The notes below the pieces were generated by a model. That model saw nothing but the letters and a program-made list of their open reading frames with translations, ran no database searches and was not told where the DNA came from. From Botryllus schlosseri (Eukaryota), in NCBI GenBank assembly GCA_051294905.1, contig CM119371.1, positions 24,492,001 through 24,556,000 of the forward strand: a DNA stretch of 64,000 nt. The letters run 5' to 3'. Position 1 is the stretch's first letter; every line of letters starts with the position of its first letter. This document shows, in pieces, positions 48,996 through 60,863 of the stretch. The position numbers and the translations under genes are program-made.

Positions 48996-50392
48996 CAGTG
49001 GTTCCCAACCTTTTTCGACTCATCGCCCCCTTTTGAAGCTCCACACTGATCATCGCCCCCAAAATATTGGGAACCGAAAATCAGCACTTCGTCACTCCCC
49101 TAAAACATTGGTCTTTGGCCCCATAGGGTGATAAACCACCTCAAACCCCTGTCAGCCAGTGGGCCTTTTTCGCTACATATCAGTTATACTCTATTTCATG
49201 TACTGTCTTGTGAGTCACCGTATTTCGCCTAAACGCGAAGTGCCACAAATTTATATAATTCATGTTTGAATCGGTCAATATGGTCGGGAATGGCATATAT
49301 ATTGCTATCAATTTTTTCATCCTCTTTCTGCTCACGTTATCATATTTACCGGTAGAGCTGAGTGTGGTGTGTTGGAAAACGTAGGTCACCCCTAAATATT
49401 AATTAAACATATTCAGGTGTATACCCGTTGGCAGGAACGAAACAGCACTTCGTCAGGCCCCTCAAAAAACTTTGGTCTTGGGCTCCCATAGGGTGATAAA
49501 CCGACCCCCATCACGTTGTTCGCTTTTGCCACGAAATTATGCGAAATCGTTGTTATATTGACTTCGTTACGTGATGCTATCTCGTGACCTCCTATATTTG
49601 CTATGTCAGAATATTTGGAAATAGTCAAAACGTACCAAACTAAAAGACGCACATGATTTGAAATTGGTATTTCTTAACATGCAAATAATTCATTCTTCGC
49701 TGGATGACATTTGTCCTGTAGGGTTAAGGTCGCAAGGACAGGAACATTCGACGCCAGCCATTGAGGCCCATATGGACAATTAAACATATATGTATATATA
49801 TCGAAGTTTTCGGTCAGCACAAGGGCATTCCTTTTCGGTCAAGGTCTTCTCGCTGCTGATCGTTCTGGCACACTTCTCGGAGTCGCATGTTACATGGCCT
49901 CTAACTTCATATGTCTTGGTGCGTGGTGGCACAGTAATGGCTGACGCCAAAGTCACCCATTTCAATAAATCATGCGTATTTTTGTTGGGGGACGGGTACC
50001 CCAAAGTCAAGATAAATGAAAACATAGTCTCGCGCGCAGCGCGAAAATTTTTTGAAAAAATTGCACGAAGTTCTAAAAAATTACTCTGCAATTTATGTTA
50101 ATTCACGAAATAATTTTTGACCCCTTTCGAGTTCGGGCCCCCACCCCCTATTGGGGGGTTTGGGGTGCGGTAGTTACGGTCCCGACTCTAATAATAGCCG
50201 TCTTAATCCGCCATCGCCCCCCTATCGCCCCCTTCGTTGTTTTTGCCCCCTATCGCCCCCTTCGTCCGTTTTCGCCCCCCTATCGCCTCCTTCGTCCGTT
50301 TTCGCCCCCCTATCGCCCCCTTTGATATTTTCACCCCCCTAGACCGCCAAATCGCCCCCTGGGGGCGATATCGCCCACGTTGGGAACCACTG
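48996..50392. mobile_element. Non-autonomous hAT element with a 30-bp subterminal tandem repeat
   Basis: TIR CAGTGGTTCCCAAC; TSD TTATAGAC (48988-48995, 50393-50400); TATCGCCCCC-containing repeats at ~50210-50340. Confidence 0.9.
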
Positions 50393-52142
50393 TTATAGAC
50401 GAAAGAGGAAAACAGTATATACCAATTTCTAGGAATGCACGTTCACTAATAAATAGGTTGGTGATTAACTTAAAAATATGTCGAAATCCCGAAATTCCCG
50501 CGTCGACCACTCAGAGCCTTGTCGTTGCGGGAATAAGTTGCGCCCTGCCTTGCGTATAGATTATGCAACACATGAAACGCGGAAATATGAAAATCTCTGG
50601 GACTGTTCATTGGATAAACCTGATGAAATCAACGAAAATTTTGATTGGTAACAGATGAATGTACACGATCATATTACATAACAAACTGGGTAATAATTGG
50701 GAATGGCTAATGACTCACAAATAGAGGTAGGTTACAATATGATATGTAATGGAGAAGAAGTCGAGTTGGAGTCCTATCAAACCGGTATTCGATTTTAAAA
50801 TGTCATGCTAAAATTATTATCTCAGTATACAGAACCCTAAAAACAACAATATTCAAAACATTGTGTCTTTGTAAGCATATGAAATATCCACTAATGCCAT
50901 AGCTACATTTTCCGGCTTCATTAGTCCTGCGCAGCTGTGGAGCGTTATGGAAACGTAGCCCACTGTGATGTCGGCAATGTTGTCGCTGATGAAGCATCTT
51001 TTCCTGCAAGCTGATCGGCTATGTCATTGTGTTGAATATCACCGAGTGCACGTGTTGTTCCAATTGCTGTACATCTTGTCGAATATCTCTTTGATTGGGA
51101 AGGAGCAGCACAATTGAAATTTGCAGTGCATAAGAGTGACGTCAAGCAATCGCATAGACATTTGAAATTATATTATTTCCAATATTTGCTTGTGCGTTGC
51201 ATTTACTTGCCGTAATTATATTTTGAGCTTGGTTAAATTTTGAAGATTTACCAGTCCCAAAATCTTGTTTTAACGTTCTCTTGGTTTGCAAGTTCGAAAA
51301 GGTTAGGAACCACTTATCTATATCGCCATCGCGACTAAGAGGTTAAATTATCATCCAGCTTTCCAAACTGTCGATATGGGATGGAACGATGGCGTCATAT
51401 GTTTACTGTGACGTTGCGAATATTACCAGTATCACGGGATGTCCAACACTATTTTTGGGAGACTGCGATTTGACGAAAGAGAAGTTGGGATGTTTCGCGA
51501 CAACCGGGAAAGAAAATCAGATTTCGGTTAGTTGTGAAATATGAATGAATAGCGGTAATATGAATATTTCTCTTTCCGATATCAAGACAGCAAAATAGGT
51601 CTAAGTAATAATGAGGTGATGGCGTCACGAATGTGTCAAATCAATATGGAAAATCGTGACCCCCGTCAGGTCGCTATATTATCAGGGAATGTATGCACGT
51701 GAGGTTCACGTTCACATACGAACTTGGTTCATTTCTGCACTACGAACCGTTTTATATGTATTACAATTATCACGTCATTAGAACGTGTCTTTTGTGAAAT
51801 TATTTGCTTTTCAACATCGGATCATTCTCTGCAAGGCGCTGACAGCATGAAAAAAACTCAGCCCTAAATGAGCATGCACCCTGCAAAGTTTGCTCAAAAT
51901 ATTCTGCTGTCCACTCTGGACAATCTTTTTCCGCTGCGAATTTTGCCCCGATTAAACAATAGGGAGAACGAAACACATTACATGGAGGAAGTTAACGAAT
52001 TGTATTTTGTCAACCAATGCATCGATGATTAATGTGAAAAATTCGATCAGGCGTATGGGATCTATATTGATTTGATATCCATATTAGAACCCGATTGGAG
52101 CGTTGCCTACTGCATAGCTTGTTTTTAATATATTACCTAGCG

Positions 52143-53393
52143 CAGTGGTTCTCAACCTTTTTCATCGCGCGGACCGGCAAAATTTCAAAAAATATTTGGC
52201 GGACCGGTGGACTTTCAAAAATTGGAATCGACTCAAAACGTGAAGTATGCAGCTGATTTTTTGCGATTATGTGGTGCTAGAGAGGGAAAATTGAGGTTTT
52301 TGATCGTAATTAATTATTTTCATGATGGCGTCCATGTGAGTTTACCGTAGTGAGTCTGGTAAGTCGAGGTAAAATATTGTTCTTTTCGACAAATCAAGAG
52401 AACAAGCGTTTCAGAGTCGATAACCAAGCACCTCGTCGTTCTACCTTGCTCATTGCCCACTGCCACCAGACGTAGGCTACTCTGGCTACTATGAATACAA
52501 TGCGCCGTACGAAAACACCCGACAACAGCTATACCTGGCCAGTGGCCATCCACAAAATAAGGGCCGGTCGTCAGCCGACGGAACTTCTGGGGGCTTCGCA
52601 CCAGCCCCCAGACTCCAGGTTGGCTGTTTTCACCAGTACTTGTGAACACATTAATTATACTCAGTGTAGGCCAGTTCTTCTTAAATTGGGGGACGTGGCC
52701 CCTTGGGGGCGTGAAAGCATCTGAAGGGGGCGCGAAGATGCGTTCCACTTAAAAGAATTTCGCGTTATATCGCTGGCGGGTTATTAACACACTTTTCGGA
52801 GTCCTATGTAAGTCTAAACTTGATTTGGTGTCGGAGCGTCGTGGCTCGGTGATGACTGACGCCGAAATGCCTATTTCTATAAATCACGAGTATTTCTTGG
52901 GGGAAGTACGCCTAATAATCAAGACATATAGTGACACTAAATCGCGCAAGGCGCGAAAATGTTTTGAAAAAAGTTGGATGAAGTTTAAAAAAATGCTATA
53001 TAATTTACCTTCATTCGCGAAATAATTTTGGGATCGACTCCAATTGGGGGTTTGGGGGCGGGAGTTACGGTCCTTCGAAAAATTAATGCATCGAAAACGA
53101 ATGATCGCGCATACTGCTCGGTTTAGCGAGTCAGGTCGTACTCGTCGCTCACATGTCGTCAAATGACACGGCTTGGAGTACAAGTCAAATCGAATATGTT
53201 TCCGGTCGCAATGTTACTTCACGAAGTTCTGAATGAGTGTAAAATTTTATGTTTAATTTATTTTATCAATAAACGAGCCTTCAAAATATTGCATCTTCGA
53301 ATTATGCTATAAAATTGTAATTTAACTCGCGGACCGGCTGGAAAGACGTCGCGGACCGGCACCGGTCCGCGGACCGGCGGTTGAGAACCACTG
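52143..53393. mobile_element. Non-autonomous hAT element
   Basis: TIR CAGTGGTTCTCAACC / GGTTGAGAACCACTG; TSD ACCTAGCG/ATCTAGCG (1 mismatch); CGCGGACCGG subterminal repeats. Confidence 0.85.
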
Positions 53394-54607
53394 ATCTAGC
53401 GCAAGTATGCACACAGGATTTTCACTCCTACGAATACACCTCTCCGGCCGAGGGGTTTCCTCGTTGAAATTGTGGGCGATGGAAGCGATGGAAGATATTG
53501 ATTTTGTTGGATTACTATCACGTTTGATTGTTCCAGTGGATACATTAGGCGACGTTTAAAATGTCAGCATTTACTTTATAATTGTGGCATAAGGTGACCC
53601 GAATCGTCGCTAGTTATCGTGTAATTTATGGAAACGTAGGGTTGGAATTAAAGATGTGATGTCACACGATGTGATAGGTTCTCGTTCGGCGTCCGAGTTC
53701 TCAAAAAAACCTTTTCAAAATGGTTTCCGTTCACACGAACGAAAACATCTTAAGAATTCGCCAGATCATTAATATCAATGATAATTCATCTTTCACTACT
53801 TTTCTTGCGCACGAAAGTAAATCATCCCGAAACTAATGTGAATGCCATTTGTAAAGCAATAGGCTATGGCCAAGAATTGTTGTTTTACAGCTCTCTTATC
53901 TGCAAATACATGATGTCGAAATGCCAGCCGAAAGTTACCGCGAAATCGCAATTGCACTTAAGTCTTTCGATTGCAAAAAGATATGTTTCAATAGCTGCGA
54001 ATTGACCAGAAGGAAGCTCTCTGAATTCGACACTGGATGCAAAGACAACCATCTATCGGTAAGTTCAATTAATGTACCCGGAACAGGCACTGTTTGGATT
54101 GGGAGTTGTTGTTTGTGGTATTCATGGTTTTTATCGTCATTTGAACTAAGCCGAGTTTTATGAAAAAAATGGAACAATAAGTAGTCATTTACCGAAAAAA
54201 AACGCCAATGGTGAACCGTTATATGCAGTTTACATGGAGAATATATTAGTTACACAAAAATATCACTCAAATATCTGTGGTCGCACAGCTCTGCCACTCC
54301 CAACTAACAGGGTCCCTGGAATCCAGAGAAACCCGAATCGCGATTTCATAATAATGAACCAAATCCAACATCCGCGTTTACAGTTGCATATCTTGCATTC
54401 CTCACAACGCACACACACGGCTAACGCCAGATTACGAGTAAAGCAAAGGCGACTTACCGACATATACCGTCGCTATCGGCACTGTTCTATCCGTTCTTAA
54501 TTACATTCAACCAACCATTTATGACATCATAAATGAAAGGAACTCTTGTCACGTATACACACCACAGGATTTGGTGAGATAGCTACATTAGCTAGGGCAG
54601 TGTGTGG

Positions 54608-55604
54608 CAGTGTTGGGATGACTCGCGTCATGACTTGACTCGAGTCAGACTCGAGTCACCTTTTTCGTATGACTTGACTTGACACGAGTCACTTTGCAAA
54701 AATGACTTGACTTGACTTGACTCGACGCCTCAGAAATGCGGATTGACTCGTGACTCGGAGCAAAATTCACGAGTCAATTTCCAGTCATTAAGTAAACGGT
54801 GTCGATTAAAGCACCCTACACTATGTATGTTTTGAATGTTAGCGATACGCCGGTGTCACTTGCGAGAGCAACCAGTCATCAATAATTGTAAGTTTCACTG
54901 ATCATCCAATGTTACATCACAAATAAATTGACCGCTTACGAAACCATCACACCTATGTTGTCGTAGTAGCAGACTAGCAGTAGATTTATCTAATCGCATC
55001 GTATCCCTGTTTCTTAGGCAGCTTAGTTCTTACATTGCGCAGTGCTCACCTTTACAAACATTGTTGTATGATTTACATCGAACGAATAATTTATGCCTTT
55101 ATATTCTCACAGAGGTGTAGGTGGGTAGTGCCTATTGTACCACATCAATTTGTTCAACTCTTCGAGGCTTCGTATTCGATCCTTTATATTGGCTGATAAA
55201 ATCAGACTGTAGCATGTAGCTATACATAGTTACTCAGGTATTTTATTATCAGTTCTACGTGTGCGTGAGCGATACAACACCTTTTTGCATGAATATTTAA
55301 CTTTATAATCGTCATTTGATTCAAGATAAACGGCCAATTAATCTATCCTTCACACAGTTAGCAAAATGTAATAACTTTGGATCATCACACATACTTCGAA
55401 AATTCAATTTGACTCGAATCGTGACTTGACTCGTGAATTGACTTGACTTGACTCGACTTGACTCGAGTCACCTCCAAAAAACGAGTGACTTGACTTGACT
55501 CGAGTCACCTTTGAAAATCGATTGACTTGACTTGACTCGAGTCAAAATGTGCAATGACTCGAGATGACTCGTGACTCGAAGGTAGTGACTTGATCCCAAC
55601 ACTG
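54608..55604. mobile_element. hAT MITE with (GACTT/GACTC)n subterminal repeats
   Basis: TIR CAGTGTTGGGAT / ATCCCAACACTG; TSD GTGTGTGG (54600-54607, 55605-55612). Confidence 0.9.
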
Positions 55605-55842
55605 GTGTGTGGTGGTATAGCAGTTTCGACTGTACCAAGCTATCGCAGCGAACGTCATTTTAGCAGTAAACAGGAGTACCATGTTCCTGCTGTTTAGTCT
55701 ACAGCAGAATAATCTGTGGGGAAGGCGGCATTTATTGCGTGGTGAAAAAGGCACAGTGCAGTCGACACTTGGGTTAAAAAGTAGTAAAGCTTATAAATCA
55801 TTAATAACTTTATCTGAATTATATTGATCTTGCACATATAGT

Positions 55843-56248
55843 ATGTATAGTGTGCGAGTAGGGAACTTGAACATATGCGACGTTTACATACCCCCGGACT
55901 GTGATACTACAGTTAGTGATTTTAGGATATTCGACTCTTTGTCATCACGCTCCATTATATGCAGCGACTTCAATGCGCACCATTCTTCATGGAGTCACTC
56001 GACAAATGCACGTGGCAACCAACTCTGCGAAATAATGGATAGAAACGACCTTGTTCTGTTGAATTTGTCGTCACCCACTCGTATGAATATTGCGTGTGAT
56101 GCCGTCCATCGCTGGTCACTTCTTGACGTGTCGATGTCGTCTCGGGTAATTGCAGCGAGTTGTGCCACAACAGTAACCGACCAGCTCATAAGTAGTGATT
56201 ACCTACAATAATAGGGCGTCGTGCAATTCATCAAAACGAAGATGGGAT
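55843..56248 (+). mobile_element. LINE (I/Nimb/Jockey-like) APE endonuclease region, 5' part
   Basis: Motifs VYIPP, SDFNAHHSSW, NARG, LLN, LLDVSM, SDY. Split by the BEL insertion. Confidence 0.85.
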
Positions 56249-59200
56249 TGTAACCGCAGAAATTTCAGGCCTAATCTGGGTACACGACGTAGCACTGTCA
56301 GCTGTCTTCGCTCTGGTTGAAACTTCAACACGCGTCTTCTTGGGTGAAGTACGGTTTTTAATGATCCAAATTCCCAGCGATTATACAACTGACCAAATAA
56401 TTTATAACAATCCAAATTCTTAATACAAACAAATAATACGAATTAAATAACATCAAAGCCAAATAGAGCCCTAACTACAACAATACGTCCCTAAACTAAA
56501 CGATTCAAGCCAAAGCATAATATGCGACCGATATCATGCAGTGCACCACGTGAAGTGATAGATTCATTGCGCCAATACCATCATTCATGCGTCATAAAGA
56601 ATCATTGGTCCATAGCGAAGGTGGTATTCTGCGACAACACCCTCACCCCCAAAAATGGGAAATTTATTACAATAAATTTATACACATTTTTTCACAGGTG
56701 AACCAGCAACTTCCCAAAACCATGCGAAAAAACAAATGCAACAAAGCAACGAATCAATTAAATTGTATTGAGCCAAAGTGTCACTCTAGGCATTGTGACG
56801 CAATCAATAACGAAAACACATACTGTAGTAAACAACGAGTGCCGTAGTAAACAATGGGTACCACAGTAGTGAATAACAAAACACCGAGTATTGAACAAGC
56901 GATGTTCTAGTGAATGAATTGAGATCATGTTGACGAGCTCTGAATAAGCACCAACTTAGTAATGGGCCTCTCAAGCTCAGAATTTTTTGTTTTGATACGA
57001 ACCGACCTTACCAGGTCGTCTTTGCCAGGAAATACTTGTGTGACACGGCCCAGAAGCCATGTATTTCGGGGCAGGTTATCGTCCATGAATTCAATACCAG
57101 GTGTAGGAACATCACTCACTACAGTTGCAAGACATGTTTTTTTAGTTTTTACTGAATCAATTACGTCCGAACACATTTCACAGACACTGTCTGTGCTGAC
57201 CTTTGTAAAGTTGCAACTGACGGGCAATTTTCCATTGCCCTTTATTTCACTTCTCTCACATGCCACGGCCCAACCAATCAATGTGCGAACGGCATAGAAA
57301 TCGGCCGGCCCATCAACCACTTCTCTTGGTCGATGAATAATTCTATTATCAAAGCCGATTAACAATTCAACATCACAGTCCACATCAGGAATTTCAATTC
57401 CATTGAACTCAGGAAAATCTTGGATATCTTCCTGGAGTGGCATTTCATATTTACCCAAAGGTATCTCTTCGGTAGATACCAGCGTTGAAAGGGACAACCA
57501 ATCATTACCATTATATGCCGATACTTCTACATTGTCAATTAAAGTTTCTGTTTTGTGGCAACCAACGCCATTGAGAGTTTTTACAGCCACGCTGATATCC
57601 CTACCTTTAACACCCATTCTTTTCAGCAATGAATGAGTAATGAATGAATTTCTACTTGCTCCATCAAGCAACGCTTTGGTGGTAAAAACGTTTCCACCAT
57701 TGCCGACACGCACTTTTACCGGCAACCCAGGCAATAATGCACCTGCTTCCTTTTGAATACTACTAGCAAAACTACTCGTCGTTTTGTCAGATTCCGAATT
57801 TTGTTCCGATTTAATCAATTCAATTGGCTTATGACTTTGGGAAGGATTGTTATCAGGTGGATGAAGTAATGTAGTGTGCTTACCGAAGCATTTTGCCTGA
57901 GAGCACGGCTTTTTACGATAACATTCTTTACTGAAATGCCCTGCTTGAAGACACGAAAAACACAGCTTGTTTTGCTGAACAAAATTATGCCTTTGTTCAA
58001 AATTCATTGCTCGAAAGATATTGCATTGGTTGAGAAAATGAGTTTGCTTACATTGCGGACAACATGATGCAGTGTAACTCTCCATCTGTGTAACAAAACT
58101 GGTTTTGCTTCCTTTAGGATTAACAAACCTTTCGTTACTCAAGGACCAATTTATTTTAGGCTTTGTTTCCAACTCTCGAGATTTCTTTCGAATGTAATTT
58201 GACAAGTCAAGCATGGTCAATTTTTCCCTTTTTACATTCACAATATTATCCACAATGGATCTCCATCCACTTCTCCATCCTTCCGGCAATCTATCCTCAA
58301 CCTTGTCAATTACCATAATGTTGTCAATTTCATGCAAACTATTTGTGCCCATTAAAGTTTCTCTGCATGAAACCAGTTTCGCCCAAAACATTGCTAAACC
58401 ATCCCTATCGTTTTCAGAAAAACGAGGACCTCCAAGTATGGATTCCAGGCAACAGCGACTGATTTGATGTTCTTGCCCATAATTTTCATTCAATATTTTC
58501 CATGCCTTATCAAAGCATGAGTGTGAATCAGCATGCAAACAACCTTTGATCAATACATGCGGGACACCCTTTGTATACTTCATTAGATATTGAAGCCTAT
58601 GTTGTTGCGTTAACGCATATGGCTCTACTAAAGAATTGAAAGCCATTTTAAAATCATAAAAATCACTGGCGTTTCCTGTAAAGATGGGAGGTTCCGTGAG
58701 GGGTAATAAAGAAGGTTGGGGAACTTGGGCATACATAACCTTGGGTTCCGAATTACTGATATTGTTTTTTGGAGCAAGGAAACAAGCTTCAGCATTGGCT
58801 GGTGTCGAAATAAGAGCAGCGGGTTTAGGTCCCCGTTCATATTTTGGTAACTTAGTAGGTTCACTACGGCCCTGCAAACAAGGGCTATCAAAATCAATCA
58901 GATCTAGCACCGAGTTAACAGTATTTGAACCCAAAGGTTGCGAACTACCTGGAATGGATGGACAATTAACCTGAGGAACGAATTCGATGGCAGTTTCCTG
59001 CTTGACTACAGGACTCAGTCTAGTGCTAAAAATTGATTGTCGGGTTTCTAGGGACTGAGGAACAAAAGGAATTTGAACGTCGGTGCGATTTATACCTGAA
59101 GCATTAACAGTAGGAAGCTCAAAACCAAGCACCTTTCTCTCTGCGCGAGTTTCCTCAAGCGCAGATGCGATTTCGAATTGGTCCCTCTGATGCCTCATAC

Positions 59201-60299
59201 TGAGTTCATCGATCTCTCGTTGTCTAATGCGTCTCAAGGTTTCAACCTCGGACTTGTTTTCCCGTTCGAGTTCTTCTGCTTCGAGCTTTTGCTGTCGAGC
59301 AATTTCTTCCCGTCTTGATTTAATCTTTTCAAGCATTTCTTCTTCTTCACGATGATGCCGCAACATGAGTTGCTGTTTTTCCAGAATATGACGTTGTGAG
59401 GATGAAGCAGATCTGGCCTCCAGAACCGCTTCTTGTTGCATCAATGTCATACCCACATCTGAGGTAGACCTTGTTGAGCCTGAGCCATGTGATTGAGTAA
59501 CATGACTTTTTGATTTAATACTCGATCGACTGCCAACCTTTGCCTTTGATCTGGTAGTCATCATATGTAGATTGTCTTTGGTTAGCAATGCACTTTTGGT
59601 GCTTCTTTTCACATGACGCGAAACCATGCCAGCAGACACACAACTCGAACTTGTTCTAGTCTTTGTTTTGTTCAAGTTGTTTTTTGGCTGTGCTGCAGCT
59701 CCTATCGCGCCATAAGCTTTGGCGTGCGTTGCTAATTGTTGAATCGGGCCTTCCATATTATCTTCGGATAACACCAGGGCGTCAATTCCACGTTGATTAG
59801 ATGCTAGTTGATTGGAGACCGCAACATCTTTCAACAGCTCCATTATGAAATATCCTTTGTCGTTTAGTGCAACGTTTCGTTTGATGCGATGTGAACATTA
59901 AAAACTTGTGTAACCGCAGAAATTTCAGGCCTAATCTGGGTACACGACGTAGCACTGTCAGCTGTCTTCGCTCTGGTTGAAACTTCAACACGCGTCTTCT
60001 TGGGTGAAGTACGGTTTTTAATGATCCAAATTCCCAGCGATTATACAACTGACCAAATAATTTATAACAATCCAAATTCTTAATACAAACAAATAATACG
60101 AATTAAATAACATCAAAGCCAAATAGAGCCCTAACTACAACAATACGTCCCTAAACTAAACGATTCAAGCCAAAGCATAATATGCGACCGATATCATGCA
60201 GTGCACCACGTGAAGTGATAGATTCATGGCGCCAATACCATCATTCATGCGTCATAAAGAATCATTGGTCCATAGCGAAGGTGGTATTCTGCGACAACA
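56249..60299 (-). mobile_element. BEL/Pao LTR retrotransposon, internally deleted (non-autonomous), recent
   Basis: 391-bp LTRs at 56249-56639 and 59909-60299 (TG...CA; one difference seen, 56568 vs 60228). 5-bp TSD GGGAT; PPT GGGGGTGAGGG next to the 3' LTR. Confidence 0.95.
56925..59843 (-). CDS. BEL/Pao Gag + aspartic protease fused directly to the post-integrase C-terminal domain (972 aa)
   Basis: Coiled-coil N-terminus, Gag core (PIFTGNASDFYDF), three Cys/His knuckles, ALLDGAS protease motif, then DDNLPRNTWLLGRVTQVFPGKDDLVRSVRIKT...RPITKLVLI. No YVDD RT, RNase H or DDE integrase motifs. Confidence 0.9.
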   Translation of the reverse strand: MELLKDVAVSNQLASNQRGIDALVLSEDNMEGPIQQLATHAKAYGAIGAAAQPKNNLNKTKTRTSSSCVSAGMVSRHVKRSTKSALLTKDNLHMMTTRSKAKVGSRSSIKSKSHVTQSHGSGSTRSTSDVGMTLMQQEAVLEARSASSSQRHILEKQQLMLRHHREEEEMLEKIKSRREEIARQQKLEAEELERENKSEVETLRRIRQREIDELSMRHQRDQFEIASALEETRAERKVLGFELPTVNASGINRTDVQIPFVPQSLETRQSIFSTRLSPVVKQETAIEFVPQVNCPSIPGSSQPLGSNTVNSVLDLIDFDSPCLQGRSEPTKLPKYERGPKPAALISTPANAEACFLAPKNNISNSEPKVMYAQVPQPSLLPLTEPPIFTGNASDFYDFKMAFNSLVEPYALTQQHRLQYLMKYTKGVPHVLIKGCLHADSHSCFDKAWKILNENYGQEHQISRCCLESILGGPRFSENDRDGLAMFWAKLVSCRETLMGTNSLHEIDNIMVIDKVEDRLPEGWRSGWRSIVDNIVNVKREKLTMLDLSNYIRKKSRELETKPKINWSLSNERFVNPKGSKTSFVTQMESYTASCCPQCKQTHFLNQCNIFRAMNFEQRHNFVQQNKLCFSCLQAGHFSKECYRKKPCSQAKCFGKHTTLLHPPDNNPSQSHKPIELIKSEQNSESDKTTSSFASSIQKEAGALLPGLPVKVRVGNGGNVFTTKALLDGASRNSFITHSLLKRMGVKGRDISVAVKTLNGVGCHKTETLIDNVEVSAYNGNDWLSLSTLVSTEEIPLGKYEMPLQEDIQDFPEFNGIEIPDVDCDVELLIGFDNRIIHRPREVVDGPADFYAVRTLIGWAVACERSEIKGNGKLPVSCNFTKVSTDSVCEMCSDVIDSVKTKKTCLATVVSDVPTPGIEFMDDNLPRNTWLLGRVTQVFPGKDDLVRSVRIKTKNSELERPITKLVLIQSSST

Positions 60300-60304
60300 G
60301 GGAT

Positions 60305-60863
60305 TACAGTAAGGCGAACTAGTCAGCCTTCTCGGCTGCTGTGGATTTCCACCTCCAATCCAATTTCGTTCCTATGGGGGAAACTGAAGGCCTCCACCGC
60401 CATTTCACTAACAGCCTACTCTTAGCGGCGGGAGAGTCGATCCCACGACGGGATATATTAACGAAAATAGCCGCACCTTGGTGGGACGTGGAATGTACCC
60501 GTGCTGTGCGCACGAAAATGGCTGCTTACTTGAAAATGAAACGCACTTTCCACATTCGAGACGTGATCGCCTTCAAGCGTATGAGAGCCGAATGTCGAAA
60601 AACCATCCTTTCTGCTAAACGCAAATGTTGGGAGGATTTTTGTGGTAAATTGGGTTCCCGTACGCAGATGTCGAAAGTCTGGCAAGTTATGAGATCTATG
60701 TCGGGAGTGCATGCGTTCAATTCCATACCAACGCTGAAGTCGAACGGATCTATTTCACAAAATAACAAAACCAAAGCTAAACACTGGCTTTACACTTCGC
60801 TAAAACGAGCAGCTCCGACAACTACCCAGCAGGATTTCGTATAACGAAGGCTAACTTTGAAAA
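60305..60863 (+). mobile_element. Continuation of the LINE ORF2 after the BEL insertion
   Basis: Removing the BEL restores RWDYSKAN*SAF, followed by SIPR...APWWDVEC...AKRKCWEDFC...KVWQVMR. It ends at the Gypsy LTR. Confidence 0.85.

Noticed and set aside
50803..54500. Short ORFs at 50.8-51.1, 52.3-53.2 and 53.8-54.5 kb (including a WEWQ WWE-like hint)
   Set aside because: No coherent exon chain or domain; several lie inside a hAT element.
56962..58974. Plus-strand ORFs overlapping the BEL ORF
   Set aside because: Antisense shadows of the long minus-strand ORF.
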